Of a stretch of 64,000 bases of DNA, positions 38,955 through 48,575 are shown in pieces. A program made the translations under genes and the position numbers. How positions within the stretch are numbered: the stretch's first letter is position 1; the number at the start of each line of letters is the position of its first letter. The DNA is from Patescibacteria group bacterium (lineage in GTDB: Bacteria; Patescibacteriota; Saccharimonadia; CAILAD01; JADZBC01): assembly GCA_052034495.1 (NCBI GenBank), contig JBPOIL010000010.1, positions 14,457-78,456 on the forward strand, read 5' to 3'. The notes beneath the pieces are model-generated. The model had not been told where the DNA came from, searched no databases, and saw only the letters and a list, made by a program, of their open reading frames with translations.

Positions 38955-40145
38955 ATGATACCGCAAGCCAATACCCCCCTCGCCGAGCGCATGCGTCCCA
39001 ACACGATTAATGACGTCATGGGTCAGGAGCACATAATCGGCGACCAACAATTCCTAAGAAGCGTCATTGAACAAGGCAGGCCTGTCAGCATGATCCTGTG
39101 GGGTCCCCCAGGAACTGGTAAGACAACGCTGGCCCGAATCATTGCCCGCGCAAGTAACTTTGAGTTTGAAGAAATTAGTGCGGTTACATCTGGCCTACCG
39201 GATGTAAAGAAGGTAATAGAACGAGCCAAAATTGCGAAGAATGAAGGTAAAAACTCCCTGCTTTTCGTAGACGAGATCCACCGCTTCAACAAAGCCCAGC
39301 AAGACGCCTTTCTGCCCCATGTAGAGAACGGCACCATTGTAATGATAGGTGCTACAACTGAAAACCCGAGCTTCGAGGTTATTGGCCCCCTACTTAGTCG
39401 CAGTCGCGTAGTCGTGCTTGAACCACTCAGCAAAGACAGCATAGTCGCCATTCTAAAGCGTGCTGTTAAGCACCTGGGCACTACAAAAGTTGAGCCCAAG
39501 GCTATTGATCTACTCGCTGAAATGTCAGGAGGAGATGCGCGCATGGCTCTGACCGGCTTGGAAGCAGCTGCAGCAATTGAACAAAAAACCATCTCAGCCG
39601 AGACCATCAAGCAGGCCATGCAGCAAAAAACAGCTCGTTACGACAAGGGTGGCGAGTATCACTTCAACTTAATATCCGCATACATTAAATCCATGCGCGG
39701 CGGAGACGTCGATGCAGCACTCTACTACATGGCTCGCATGCTAGCCGGCGGCGAGGACCCTAAGTTCATAGCTCGTCGCTTAGTGGTCTTCGCTAGCGAA
39801 GACGTTGGTCTAGCCAGCCCCGGAGCGCTGACCTTGGCTGTATCAGCATTCCAGGCTGTTGAGCGAATCGGCATGCCAGAATGTCAAATAATACTCTCCC
39901 AAGCAACCATCACGATGGCTCGGAGTAAAAAGTCTCGTAGTAGCTACGATGCCATAATGACTGCAAACCAGGCGGCAAAGGATTTCCCCGATGCCCAGGT
40001 GCCTTTGCACTTACGGAACGCCCCCACCAAGCTCATGAAGAACCTTGGCTACGGCAAGGGAGCCAAGTGGGAAGCTGGCTTTGAACACCCAGACGGATTC
40101 ATACCAAAAGAGCTAAAAGGAAGAAGTATTTACCCAGGAGAGTAA
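38955..40145 (+). CDS. rarA: Replication-associated recombination protein A
   Basis: PLAERMRP, WGPPGTGKTT, DEIHRFNKAQQD, ASEDVGLA. Confidence 0.96.
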   Translation: MIPQANTPLAERMRPNTINDVMGQEHIIGDQQFLRSVIEQGRPVSMILWGPPGTGKTTLARIIARASNFEFEEISAVTSGLPDVKKVIERAKIAKNEGKNSLLFVDEIHRFNKAQQDAFLPHVENGTIVMIGATTENPSFEVIGPLLSRSRVVVLEPLSKDSIVAILKRAVKHLGTTKVEPKAIDLLAEMSGGDARMALTGLEAAAAIEQKTISAETIKQAMQQKTARYDKGGEYHFNLISAYIKSMRGGDVDAALYYMARMLAGGEDPKFIARRLVVFASEDVGLASPGALTLAVSAFQAVERIGMPECQIILSQATITMARSKKSRSSYDAIMTANQAAKDFPDAQVPLHLRNAPTKLMKNLGYGKGAKWEAGFEHPDGFIPKELKGRSIYPGE

Positions 40146-40149
40146 TAGA

Positions 40150-40578
40150 ATGATAGTAGCCAGGCCAATTACAGAGCTCAATGATGAGCTGACTCAAAGA
40201 ATCCAAGAACTTAAAGCGCAATTATCAAAAGGCCGTAGAGGCAGCCTGAAGCAGTATGATGCGGCCGTAAACAATACCAATACAATAATAATCGGTGCTT
40301 GGGACGGGGAAAAGCTAGCTGGTATCGGAGTACTAAACATTGTTCAGACCCTTGGTGGCTGCGCGGGCGACATAGACGACGTAGTGGTGGGCGAAGAGTA
40401 TCGAGGCCAAGGCGTAGGTCGGATTATAATGGATGCGATAATTACTACGGCGAAAAACAAAGGCGCCACAAAGCTTAGGCTAACGTCAGCCGCGCGACGC
40501 GTAGAGGCTAACGGTCTGTATAGATCACTGGGCTTCAAACTACGCGAAACAAATAGCTACGTTTACAACGTAAAGTAA
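40150..40578 (+). CDS. GNAT acetyltransferase
   Basis: DVVV..YRGQGVG, ANGLYRSLGF. Confidence 0.9.
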   Translation: MIVARPITELNDELTQRIQELKAQLSKGRRGSLKQYDAAVNNTNTIIIGAWDGEKLAGIGVLNIVQTLGGCAGDIDDVVVGEEYRGQGVGRIIMDAIITTAKNKGATKLRLTSAARRVEANGLYRSLGFKLRETNSYVYNVK

Positions 40579-40687
40579 GCTAAATAAAAGCAGCCTAGCA
40601 AAGCTAGACTGGATAAGTGCTGATAGTGCTTCGAGCTCGCGGGGAGGATCTCCCTCCCCGCCGCTCAAGTACTGCATGAACCGTGCT

Positions 40688-40801
40688 TCAGCTGATGCTG
40701 CTTTGCCGAAGCCACTCCTCCTGAGAGGATGCGTGCAACAGGGAGTACCCTACTGCAACGACGACTGCCGCGATCAACCCGATCGCCGCCCAGCGCTTCA
40801 T
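40688..40801 (-). CDS. Unannotated 37-aa single-TM peptide
   Basis: ATGA overlap with the stop of 40798-41229; MKRWAAIGLIAAVVVAVGYSLLHASSQEEWLRQSSIS. Confidence 0.5.
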   Translation of the reverse strand: MKRWAAIGLIAAVVVAVGYSLLHASSQEEWLRQSSIS

Positions 40802-41229
40802 CCCAGCCTGCCGAAAGCTTCGAGCCCAGCGGTGTCGGCTGCGGCCGGGGTGGACCAACTCTTTGGCCTGGCCAGGCCACCCTGCTTTGCCGACCTGGCT
40901 GTACAGCGCTTGCCCTCCAGCCTCTTCTGGGCGGCACCCTTGGCGTCGCTGTAGATCTTGATGAGGAGGAAGTCGAAGAGGACCACCACCCCAGCAAGCA
41001 GCTTCGGGTAACGCCTGGCGAGACGCAACACCGGGCCGGCCGTGACGGCCAGAACACCAGAGAAGGCGCCGATGCCAACCCAGACGATCTTGCTGGGGTT
41101 GTCTTCGGTGTAGACCCTCCCGTGGGCAGCGGCCTCCCGCTTTGCCGACGCATCGCCGAACTTGGCGAAGAGCCAGAACAGGGTGGCCCCCACCAAGCCA
41201 CCCACTACCAATTGCTGAGACTTCCGCAT
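40798..41229 (-). CDS. GC-rich orphan membrane protein
   Basis: SD AGGGGG then ATG; hydrophobic segments; mostly G/C-ending codons. Confidence 0.6.
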   Translation of the reverse strand: MRKSQQLVVGGLVGATLFWLFAKFGDASAKREAAAHGRVYTEDNPSKIVWVGIGAFSGVLAVTAGPVLRLARRYPKLLAGVVVLFDFLLIKIYSDAKGAAQKRLEGKRCTARSAKQGGLARPKSWSTPAAADTAGLEAFGRLG

Positions 41230-41312
41230 GTTTCCCCCTAGGGTCTAGACGATTGCGGTAGCAACATTGTGCCCTAAATAGACCTGGTTTTCAAGCATAA
41301 GGATGCTTTAAC

Positions 41313-41888
41313 TTACTTGATAAACCCTTTTATCGCCTCATTGCCCGTTAGCAACTTCAGCTGATCCTTCATCCAGTACGAATACACGCCCGGATCATGT
41401 GGGTCTTTGGCTACCTCGTCTAGTAGCCACTGCCAAGTAACCCATTTGTAGTCTGCTACCTCGTCTGGGTTTGGCACAGGATCTTGATCCAACACACCAG
41501 CAAAGATCGGACAAAATTCGTATTCTACGATTCCATTGTACGGCGGCGTCTTATATATGTATTCACTAACCGCATTAACGAGGCCGTTCACGGTCGGGAG
41601 CCCGAGCTCATAATCAAGACGGCGGGCGATTGCAGCTTCAAAAGATTCCCCTGGCCCAGGATGCCCACAAACGCTATTCGTCCAAACATTCGGCCAAATC
41701 TTCTTACCCGCAGCGCGCTGTGTGATGAGTAGCTCTCCCTTAGAATTAAACACATAGCAGGAAAAAGCCCGGTGCAATTTAGTGAGCGCACCATGGCTAT
41801 CGATCTTGGGGCCCGTCTCACCCGTAGGCTTGCCAGTATCGTCTACGAATACTACTTGTTCCTGATTCAGCTGATCTATACTTACCAT
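41313..41888 (-). CDS. idi: Isopentenyl-diphosphate isomerase type 1
   Basis: LHRAFS, WTNSVCGHP, EYEFCP, PNPDEV. Confidence 0.93.
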   Translation of the reverse strand: MVSIDQLNQEQVVFVDDTGKPTGETGPKIDSHGALTKLHRAFSCYVFNSKGELLITQRAAGKKIWPNVWTNSVCGHPGPGESFEAAIARRLDYELGLPTVNGLVNAVSEYIYKTPPYNGIVEYEFCPIFAGVLDQDPVPNPDEVADYKWVTWQWLLDEVAKDPHDPGVYSYWMKDQLKLLTGNEAIKGFIK

Positions 41889-41895
41889 ATACTAA

Positions 41896-42603
41896 TTATA
41901 CCTCACCCCGTAAGTATTGTTGCCGCAATGGCTCGTCGAAACGCTCAATTGCGTAACGTAACATGGTGCGCGGCATAACCCTATAATGTTTCTTTAAAAA
42001 CTCCTCTTCGACCTCCTGACCACAACTCTTCCCCACCTCCCTGAGCATCCAGCCGACGGCTTTATGAATCAAATCATGTGTGTCACCCACCAAGATCTCG
42101 GCAATAGCAAAGGTGTCTTTATTCTCTCCGAGGCTAATGAAATGTGCGGTAGCAATAATAGCAATCCTGCGTTCCCATAAGTTGTCTGAACGAGCTAGTT
42201 CGTATAGCACGGCGCGATCTTTGTCCGCCAGGTACGCACCAACAATATTTGAGGCCGAACTATCTACCAGGTCCCAGTTATTTACGCGCTTGGTGTGCGC
42301 CATATAAAAGTCGTATATCTCGCCTCTCGCCTGCTCATCCAACTTCTTGAACCTATAGACCAGTATCAGAAGGCCCGTTAATCGCTCTTCGTGCACCGGG
42401 CTCAGTAGTAACTTTTCTACTTCCCCAAAGCTTAGGTCGGCGTATTGCCTAGCTACCTTGCGCTGATTCGGCACGGTCACGCCAATAAATACATCGCCCT
42501 CGCCATACTGGCCAGGACCTGTTTTGAAGAACCACTCAGAATTCTTAGCACGCTCGGGCGATGCGACCTGCTGCAACGCCTTTACGACGTCAGCGGCCCT
42601 CAC
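41896..42603 (-). CDS. DNA alkylation repair protein (AlkD-like)
   Basis: FFKTGPGQYGEGD, NNWDLVD, KAVGWMLRE, RYAIE. Confidence 0.9.
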   Translation of the reverse strand: MRAADVVKALQQVASPERAKNSEWFFKTGPGQYGEGDVFIGVTVPNQRKVARQYADLSFGEVEKLLLSPVHEERLTGLLILVYRFKKLDEQARGEIYDFYMAHTKRVNNWDLVDSSASNIVGAYLADKDRAVLYELARSDNLWERRIAIIATAHFISLGENKDTFAIAEILVGDTHDLIHKAVGWMLREVGKSCGQEVEEEFLKKHYRVMPRTMLRYAIERFDEPLRQQYLRGEV

Positions 42604-42836
42604 TTGCCTGCCTTATGATTGGTCCTTCCCCAAGAAATATGCGCCCAGACGCGTTCGTGAAAGTAATATATGACGGTACTGATTACAGCTGCCCAGCCAG
42701 TTAGCTGAACGGCGCTATCCATACTGCCAGTGACGAAATATGTAACAATAAATAGCTCGAGCGAGATAATCACCCGATAGGTAAATGTTTTAGCCAGAGA
42801 TCGATAGCTATGTTCGTGATGTTTGGGTCTTTGCAT
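42600..42836 (-). CDS. DUF2061-family membrane protein
   Basis: RSLAKTFTYR...YYFHERVW..ISWG. Confidence 0.85.
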   Translation of the reverse strand: MQRPKHHEHSYRSLAKTFTYRVIISLELFIVTYFVTGSMDSAVQLTGWAAVISTVIYYFHERVWAHISWGRTNHKAGK

Positions 42837-42874
42837 AAGACCATTATACTCGGCTTAGCGACGCGAGTAAGTAC

Positions 42875-43129
42875 TTAACGACGAGTTTTGCGCGAGTTTG
42901 ATGGAAAGAACTTCTTCACAAGGTCGGCCAACATTATAAGTGGGCTTGCTGTGTCCCGAACCGCCCCACTGACCTCCTGGAGGTTGTCTAGGATTTCTCC
43001 CATTTGTGCCGGTACTGTCTTCATATCCTTCATAAACCGAATAAGTAATGTTGTGGCAATAATTGCCAGCACCAAGAAGACTGCGAGAGTTATTGATAGG
43101 ATTACGACGAGTATTTGGAAAGCATTCAT
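42875..43129 (-). CDS. Hypothetical membrane protein
   Basis: N-terminal TM helix plus amphipathic helix. Confidence 0.7.
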   Translation of the reverse strand: MNAFQILVVILSITLAVFLVLAIIATTLLIRFMKDMKTVPAQMGEILDNLQEVSGAVRDTASPLIMLADLVKKFFPSNSRKTRR

Positions 43130-43238
43130 ATCTATATTCTATCAGATTATATGGCCTTTGTCAATGCTTAAGATCTGACGTAACTTTAAAAGGCGCCCGA
43201 GGGCGCCTTTTAACTAAGCCGTGTAGATTTACACTGAA

Positions 43239-43640
43239 CTATTCTACTACTTTGACCTCATCGCCGTGAACGGTAAGAGCAAAGATTACCAATACACTAA
43301 CTGCGATTGTGATAACCGACCAAATTGGGTAGATGTTGACTGATGCCAAGTTTGCAGCTGCGCTACCAAGTGCAATCAATACACCAACTACGCGAGCCCA
43401 AGCGGAACCCTTCATAACACCAAAGCCTGCTAAGAGAACAGTTAGGCCCAAGAGGAAGTAGGTCCAGCCCCATGTGCTAAAGTCGAGCAAGAGCAGCTTT
43501 GACTCTGTAGTAACGAGCCAATCGCTGTTGAAGAGGACTGTGAGTCCGGCGATCATTTGGAAAGTACCAAGCATGGTCATCATGAAGCCTGCGAAGAAAA
43601 TCCAGCCGACCCAGCCAGTAACGTTATTTTTAGTTGCCAT
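43239..43640 (-). CDS. 4-TM membrane protein
   Basis: GWIFFAG, WGW, WARVVGV, YPIWS, IFALTVHG; resembles a family common in actinobacteria. Confidence 0.8.
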   Translation of the reverse strand: MATKNNVTGWVGWIFFAGFMMTMLGTFQMIAGLTVLFNSDWLVTTESKLLLLDFSTWGWTYFLLGLTVLLAGFGVMKGSAWARVVGVLIALGSAAANLASVNIYPIWSVITIAVSVLVIFALTVHGDEVKVVE

Positions 43641-44036
43641 GATAAAACTTCTTAATTACCCTTTAATTGTCCTCCTGCCCTTGGTATCTTGTCAATAGTA
43701 TGGTCTAGCTATGCTTCTGTCGTGGTGTTGTAACAATGTAGATAAGCGCCACGAAGGCCAATAGTACAAGAATAGTACAAACAATACTGAGTGGCGTTTG
43801 GTCCGGCCAGAACGCAAGGTATAGGGCGGACAGAGCAGCTGCGGCGCCATAAAGATACTGACGAGCGGCAACGTTGCAATTCCTTTTGGCATGCTGAGCG
43901 CCGGCACAGTGCTCTTGGCACGAAACCTAGGCCTGTTTGCATCTAACTCTTCCGCCACTGGAATCCTCTTGCTCCTTATCGGGCTTGGCATTTTGGTAAT
44001 TGCCGTATCCCCCAAGGGCAAACCACAAGACTAGAC

Positions 44037-44471
44037 TTATTCGCCGGCTTTTAGCTTTTGTTTGCGTTCGCGTAGCTTTTTCAAGTTCGTAACATTTGGT
44101 ATGGGTTGAGTCTTTATACTTAGGTCTGGCACTTCTTTAGAAAACCCAAGTCTTGCCATACCTATAAATGCCCCGATAGTGAGCCAGGTCGCGGAGTATG
44201 CAAAGCTCTTGCCGAATGCGCGCCCTAATCGCTCTGCAGTGGCGAGCGAGTAAACAAACCCAACGTACGGAACGAGGGCATAGAAAAACCAGTGTCGAGG
44301 TAGGCCTACAGATGCCATCAGCGCCATGAAATTATATCCAGGTACAAACGCCTGCCACCAAGGAGTCTGTAATTTACGTAGCACAGCAGCCAAGCAGATG
44401 CAGTACCAAAAGTAAGCCACGAGAATAATCGCTATCACAATCATGCCAAATTGGGCTATAGCTTCACTCAT
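44037..44471 (-). CDS. DUF5684-like membrane protein
   Basis: WWQAFVPGYN and AFGKS motifs. Confidence 0.7.
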   Translation of the reverse strand: MSEAIAQFGMIVIAIILVAYFWYCICLAAVLRKLQTPWWQAFVPGYNFMALMASVGLPRHWFFYALVPYVGFVYSLATAERLGRAFGKSFAYSATWLTIGAFIGMARLGFSKEVPDLSIKTQPIPNVTNLKKLRERKQKLKAGE

Positions 44472-44510
44472 GTCTATATCGTAGCACAGAGGCTCATTAT
44501 GAAGCGCAAG

Positions 44511-45281
44511 TTATGGGCGCAACGTACCAAAGAACACTTGCCAGGCGAGTGCTGATTTGGCAACTAGGCTAAGAATTATATACACGCGCTCACCATACAG
44601 GTAGTCCTTCCATTTTCCAACTTGCTTGTACTGCAGGAACATATTGATCGCAAAGATGTTAAAGAAGGCAAAGATCGAAACGTAAATCCAGTAAACAAAA
44701 GCGGGGATGTTGCCACTGCCGTAGGTGTTGCTCGCCCAGAATGAAGTAGCAACGATTATCCATGGAACTATGCCGGCAATACAACCAACGACGAAACTAA
44801 CCCACTTAGTCTTTTCTGTAGTCTGATTGTGAATCTCCATCACCAAGCCCATCAGATTCATGACCGCGACAAGCGCAAATATACCGATTAAAAGCGAGAG
44901 GTCGTATATGCCGACCAGGAGCGAAATAGCCACCATCATGGTGCTAGCAGATAACGAGTATTCGATCCAGCGAGCTCGGTTGATACCTTTGCCAAGGTCC
45001 TTGTTATAACGCTTATTGTAAACCGTAGCGATTATCAGGTGCGCCAATGATGACATTACCAGGAACGCAACCACGAGGTATGCTAGCGGGACATCAAAGA
45101 GGGTCTTTGTAGCAGACTCTAAGTTTTGAGTCTGCCGGTTGAAAGATAGGAAGCTCGTGGTAACAGGCAGTAAAAACTCTTTGCTCAAGAGCAAGATAGC
45201 CAAGGCCTGGACCGCGTGCAACGCAGCCATTTTAAAGTTAAATGATCTCAGCCCTGCTTTCGTAATCTTTTTTCGAGCCAC
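44511..45281 (-). CDS. Heliorhodopsin
   Basis: 7 TM; LHAVQA, N.ARWIEYSLSA, YGERVYIILSLVAKSALAWQ (retinal-binding Lys in SLVAK). Confidence 0.93.
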   Translation of the reverse strand: MARKKITKAGLRSFNFKMAALHAVQALAILLLSKEFLLPVTTSFLSFNRQTQNLESATKTLFDVPLAYLVVAFLVMSSLAHLIIATVYNKRYNKDLGKGINRARWIEYSLSASTMMVAISLLVGIYDLSLLIGIFALVAVMNLMGLVMEIHNQTTEKTKWVSFVVGCIAGIVPWIIVATSFWASNTYGSGNIPAFVYWIYVSIFAFFNIFAINMFLQYKQVGKWKDYLYGERVYIILSLVAKSALAWQVFFGTLRP

Positions 45282-45385
45282 TTCGTAATCTCCTTATTTA
45301 GGATGATTATAGCATAACGCCTATGCTAGCGGTTGCACGTAGTGTTCTATACCATACTGTTAGGCCGGCCATGAAAGGAGTCGAG

Positions 45386-45661
45386 TTGCCGAATAGGATA
45401 GCCAAGCGGCACCTGGTGCCAACTCACGACAGTCCGCGAACGTGGTGTCAAATGGGATCAGGCCACGTTCACACAACTGAAAGCCCATCTGGGGCAACAT
45501 GCAACGGGTGTCTCAAGGCGTATTGGAGGACGGTAGTACCAGATCCAGCTGTCATTACAGACCTGCTGCTAGCACTCCACCCCAACAACTCAGACCCCAT
45601 GACCTCGTGCCAGCGTGTGCTCTACCAAGTACTAACTGGTCACAAGCTCCCAAATGCCTGA
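45386..45661 (+). CDS. GC-rich orphan, possible zinc-binding protein
   Basis: SD AAAGGAG then TTG at 45386; H...WC...TCNGC; hairpin plus T-run at ~45657-45710. Confidence 0.55.
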   Translation: MPNRIAKRHLVPTHDSPRTWCQMGSGHVHTTESPSGATCNGCLKAYWRTVVPDPAVITDLLLALHPNNSDPMTSCQRVLYQVLTGHKLPNA

Positions 45662-45776
45662 ACTCACATCGACGTGGGTTCAGGCATTTCCCTTTATCTA
45701 CTTTTTTGTTTCAGTTTATCGCAGTGTTTCCTTGTAAATTACCTATTTAACAGATTGTATTTAGTGCCAATAAGCA

Positions 45777-45805
45777 TTGACAAAATACTAAATTTGTGCT
45801 AATAT
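45777..45805 (+). promoter_or_regulatory. sigma70 promoter
   Basis: TTGACA-17-TAATAT with extended -10 TG. Confidence 0.7.
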
Positions 45806-45872
45806 TCTTGGGTTACCTGGCTTCGAACCAGGAGCACATCACATCCAAGAAGCATACCAAGGAGAAGGTGCC

Positions 45873-46502
45873 TTGCAGGCAACCGACCAGTCCACATCCA
45901 CCTCGCGAGCACTCGTGCTCGCCGACAAGATCCTGCCGGCCATCATGGACCCGGCGCAGTTCCCGCAGATCGCGGGCGGCAAGTCCCAGACCGACAAGAT
46001 CAACCTCGCGCGCGACGTGGCCGACATCGTCGTTCGTCGCAACGCCGACGAGAGCCAGGACGAGGGCTTCGCCCTCACCCTGGTGACCACCATGGACGAG
46101 TTCCCCAAGAAGGCTTCCAAGGCTGCCGTCAGCCTGCTGCTCGACACGGGGATGAGCTCGATGGAGGTGCACGGGGCGATGAAGTTCGCCACGGAGCTGG
46201 ACGTCAGCCTGGACTTCGCCATCACGTGGATGAAGTACTGGGACGTCACCCTGTCCGACGAGGACGAGGTGTCAGCCTGTGCGGACTCCACCATCGAGCT
46301 GCTCAACGCGCAGCCGCGCGGCGTCGGGATCAACGCCCAGGGCAAGCTCCAGGGCGGGACCCGTCCGCGGAACCCGCACTCGGTCCCCGACCCGGGGCAG
46401 AGCCAGGACCGCGAGCAGATCCTGCTCACGGCCCGCCAGCTCGGCGAAGACCTCAACAAGAGGACCCTCGACGAGCTGGTCGACCACTTCGGTGGCTCCT
46501 GA
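45873..46502 (+). CDS. GC-rich hypothetical protein
   Basis: SD AAGGAG/AAGG then TTG; codons overwhelmingly G/C-ending. Confidence 0.75.
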   Translation: MQATDQSTSTSRALVLADKILPAIMDPAQFPQIAGGKSQTDKINLARDVADIVVRRNADESQDEGFALTLVTTMDEFPKKASKAAVSLLLDTGMSSMEVHGAMKFATELDVSLDFAITWMKYWDVTLSDEDEVSACADSTIELLNAQPRGVGINAQGKLQGGTRPRNPHSVPDPGQSQDREQILLTARQLGEDLNKRTLDELVDHFGGS

Positions 46503-47431
46503 TGGCTCGCCTACAGAACCCCTTCTTGACCCTCGGGCTCACCCCCGCAGTGGTCAAGAAGGCCAAGTTCGAAGGCGCCATCGCCATCGCCAAGGTCATG
46601 TACCTGCAGAACAGTCGCCTTCACCACCCCGACACGGGCGGTGACAGGCGGCTGTTCGAGGCCGTGGCCGAGGCGTGGGAGCTACTCAACGGCGAGATGG
46701 CACAGGCCTTCTACGACGAGTACGTCTCGTCGCAGGCCGCCAAGCGGGCAGAGTCAGCAGCCCAGCTCCGCCTCGAACATGAGGCCGAGCTGAAGCAGTG
46801 GCGGGACGCCCTCGAGCGCACGCTCGAAGCGCCCCACCGTCAAGGAAACGTGTTCAACCCCACGGCAGGCCTTCGGGTCCTGCTGAGGGGCAAGCACTCC
46901 TTCCTGGAGCTGACGTTCGAGGGCGGCAAGCTGGCAGTACACACGCATGACCAGCTAGACCAAGAAGAGATGCCCTCCACTGTCAAGGGAGGCATGTCGG
47001 CCTACTACTACTCCAACGGGGAAACCCTGAAGAGTCATGGTGGAATCGACGGTGACGGCAAGGAGCTGGAAGCCGACGAGGGCCCAACCGACCTTCGGGA
47101 AGGATGGTACCAAATCGGACCAGTCACGGACGAAGGGACCAATCTCTACTCCCCGCTGGAGCCTTCGGGCAGAAAGCAGGAGAAGGACGTCTCGCCGTTC
47201 GTGCTGATCAGGGGCCACGCCACACGGGTCGCAGCCGACATCGGTCGGCAGCGTAGGCTCTCGGCAGGCGAGGACGATGCGTCCATCGCCGGCATCGAGG
47301 TCTCAAGTCTCGTGAGCAACCCTCAGCTCCTCAGCTTCGAGTGGAAGGAGGGCGCAGCCCTACTGGCCATCACACCGGGCCAAAGGATCGACATCCTCGG
47401 CACGGTGGTTGGCATCTACGCGCCGACCTGA
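46502..47431 (+). CDS. J-domain-like protein (N-terminal HPD) with unknown C-terminal domain
   Basis: TGATG coupling to the upstream gene; NPFLTLGL...HHPDTGGD...FEAVAEAWELL. Confidence 0.75.
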   Translation: MARLQNPFLTLGLTPAVVKKAKFEGAIAIAKVMYLQNSRLHHPDTGGDRRLFEAVAEAWELLNGEMAQAFYDEYVSSQAAKRAESAAQLRLEHEAELKQWRDALERTLEAPHRQGNVFNPTAGLRVLLRGKHSFLELTFEGGKLAVHTHDQLDQEEMPSTVKGGMSAYYYSNGETLKSHGGIDGDGKELEADEGPTDLREGWYQIGPVTDEGTNLYSPLEPSGRKQEKDVSPFVLIRGHATRVAADIGRQRRLSAGEDDASIAGIEVSSLVSNPQLLSFEWKEGAALLAITPGQRIDILGTVVGIYAPT

Positions 47432-47567
47432 GCTGAGCTCTCATGCTTCCTGGGATGTGATTCCCGGGGACGCCCCTAAAAAGGCGTCCCCGGTTTCCCA
47501 AGCAATTATCTAAAAACCACCTCAAACACGAGGTGGTTTTTGCTTCATAAGATATTAAATACCTAGC

Positions 47568-47906
47568 TTAACAACGCTCATCGCCCCATACACTTAAATC
47601 TTTAATCACTTTGTGAAGCGAGCGGCCCTTTTCGGTAAGAGTGTACTCAACCTTAGGTGGCACTTCGGCATACACCTTCTTCGTTATAATCTTATCCTGT
47701 TCAAGCTGCTGTAGGCGCAAGGCCAGCGTACGAGGACTAAGGCCTAAATCATCCTGCAATTCCCCGAAGCGCTTAGTGCCATCAAACAAACTATACAGAA
47801 TCATAAGCGCCCATTTGCTGCCAATTATCTTGAGAGTCTTGGCAAGACCGCAGTTAACATAGTCTTTCTTTTGCTCTGGTTTGGCTGATTTTTGGGTTGC
47901 TTTCAT
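47568..47906 (-). CDS. HxlR-family winged-helix regulator
   Basis: IIGSKW, KRFGEL, EVPPKVEYTLTEKG. Confidence 0.92.
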   Translation of the reverse strand: MKATQKSAKPEQKKDYVNCGLAKTLKIIGSKWALMILYSLFDGTKRFGELQDDLGLSPRTLALRLQQLEQDKIITKKVYAEVPPKVEYTLTEKGRSLHKVIKDLSVWGDERC

Positions 47907-48018
47907 AGCCGAATTATAACACAAAACTATAGCATGATACTATACTGTTTGTAACTGCTTTACATTGTATAGTTATTACTATAGACTTTATACTATATAA
48001 AATATAGTAAGGAGAAAT

Positions 48019-48537
48019 ATGAAAATACAAATTATCACCGGATCTGTTCGTAAAGAAGCGCTAGGCGCAAGCGTAGCCAGCTGGGTTGTAGAGGTTATAA
48101 ACAAAATCGACAATCTTGATGTCGAGCTGCTGGACCTGCGAACATACGACCTCCCCTTATCTCTCGAGCAGAATGCCGACACGGTAAAGTGGAACGAAAA
48201 GCTGTCTGAGGCCGATGCCTATGTGCTCATCACGCCGGAGTACAATCACGGCTACCCTGCTGCGCTTAAAAACGCCTTGGACCACAGCCACGCATGGGAA
48301 GGCAGGCCCGTGCTATTAATCGGCTACTCTGTAGGCCCAGCTGCCGGAATCCGTGCCGTAGAGCAATTACGACCAGTAGTCAGCGAGCTTGGCATGGTGC
48401 AGCTAAAGTACGCCCTGCAACTCCCGTCTGCGCAAGACACACTCGCTAAAGATTCCGAGATAAAACAGCAGCTCGGCGAATCTCTTGTCCGCTCAGTCGA
48501 GGACTTGAAAGACTTGGCGTCTAGACTAAGCCGCTAA
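48019..48537 (+). CDS. NADPH-dependent FMN reductase
   Basis: GSVR, TPEYNHGYPAALKNALD. Confidence 0.92.
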   Translation: MKIQIITGSVRKEALGASVASWVVEVINKIDNLDVELLDLRTYDLPLSLEQNADTVKWNEKLSEADAYVLITPEYNHGYPAALKNALDHSHAWEGRPVLLIGYSVGPAAGIRAVEQLRPVVSELGMVQLKYALQLPSAQDTLAKDSEIKQQLGESLVRSVEDLKDLASRLSR

Positions 48538-48575
48538 CGCTTAGTTCGCTCGGCTTTGTAGAGTATAATTACGTT

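Noticed and set aside
46226-46501. N-terminal part of the 401-aa ORF
   Set aside because: Out-of-frame overlap with the upstream gene; the real start is the coupled ATG at 46502.
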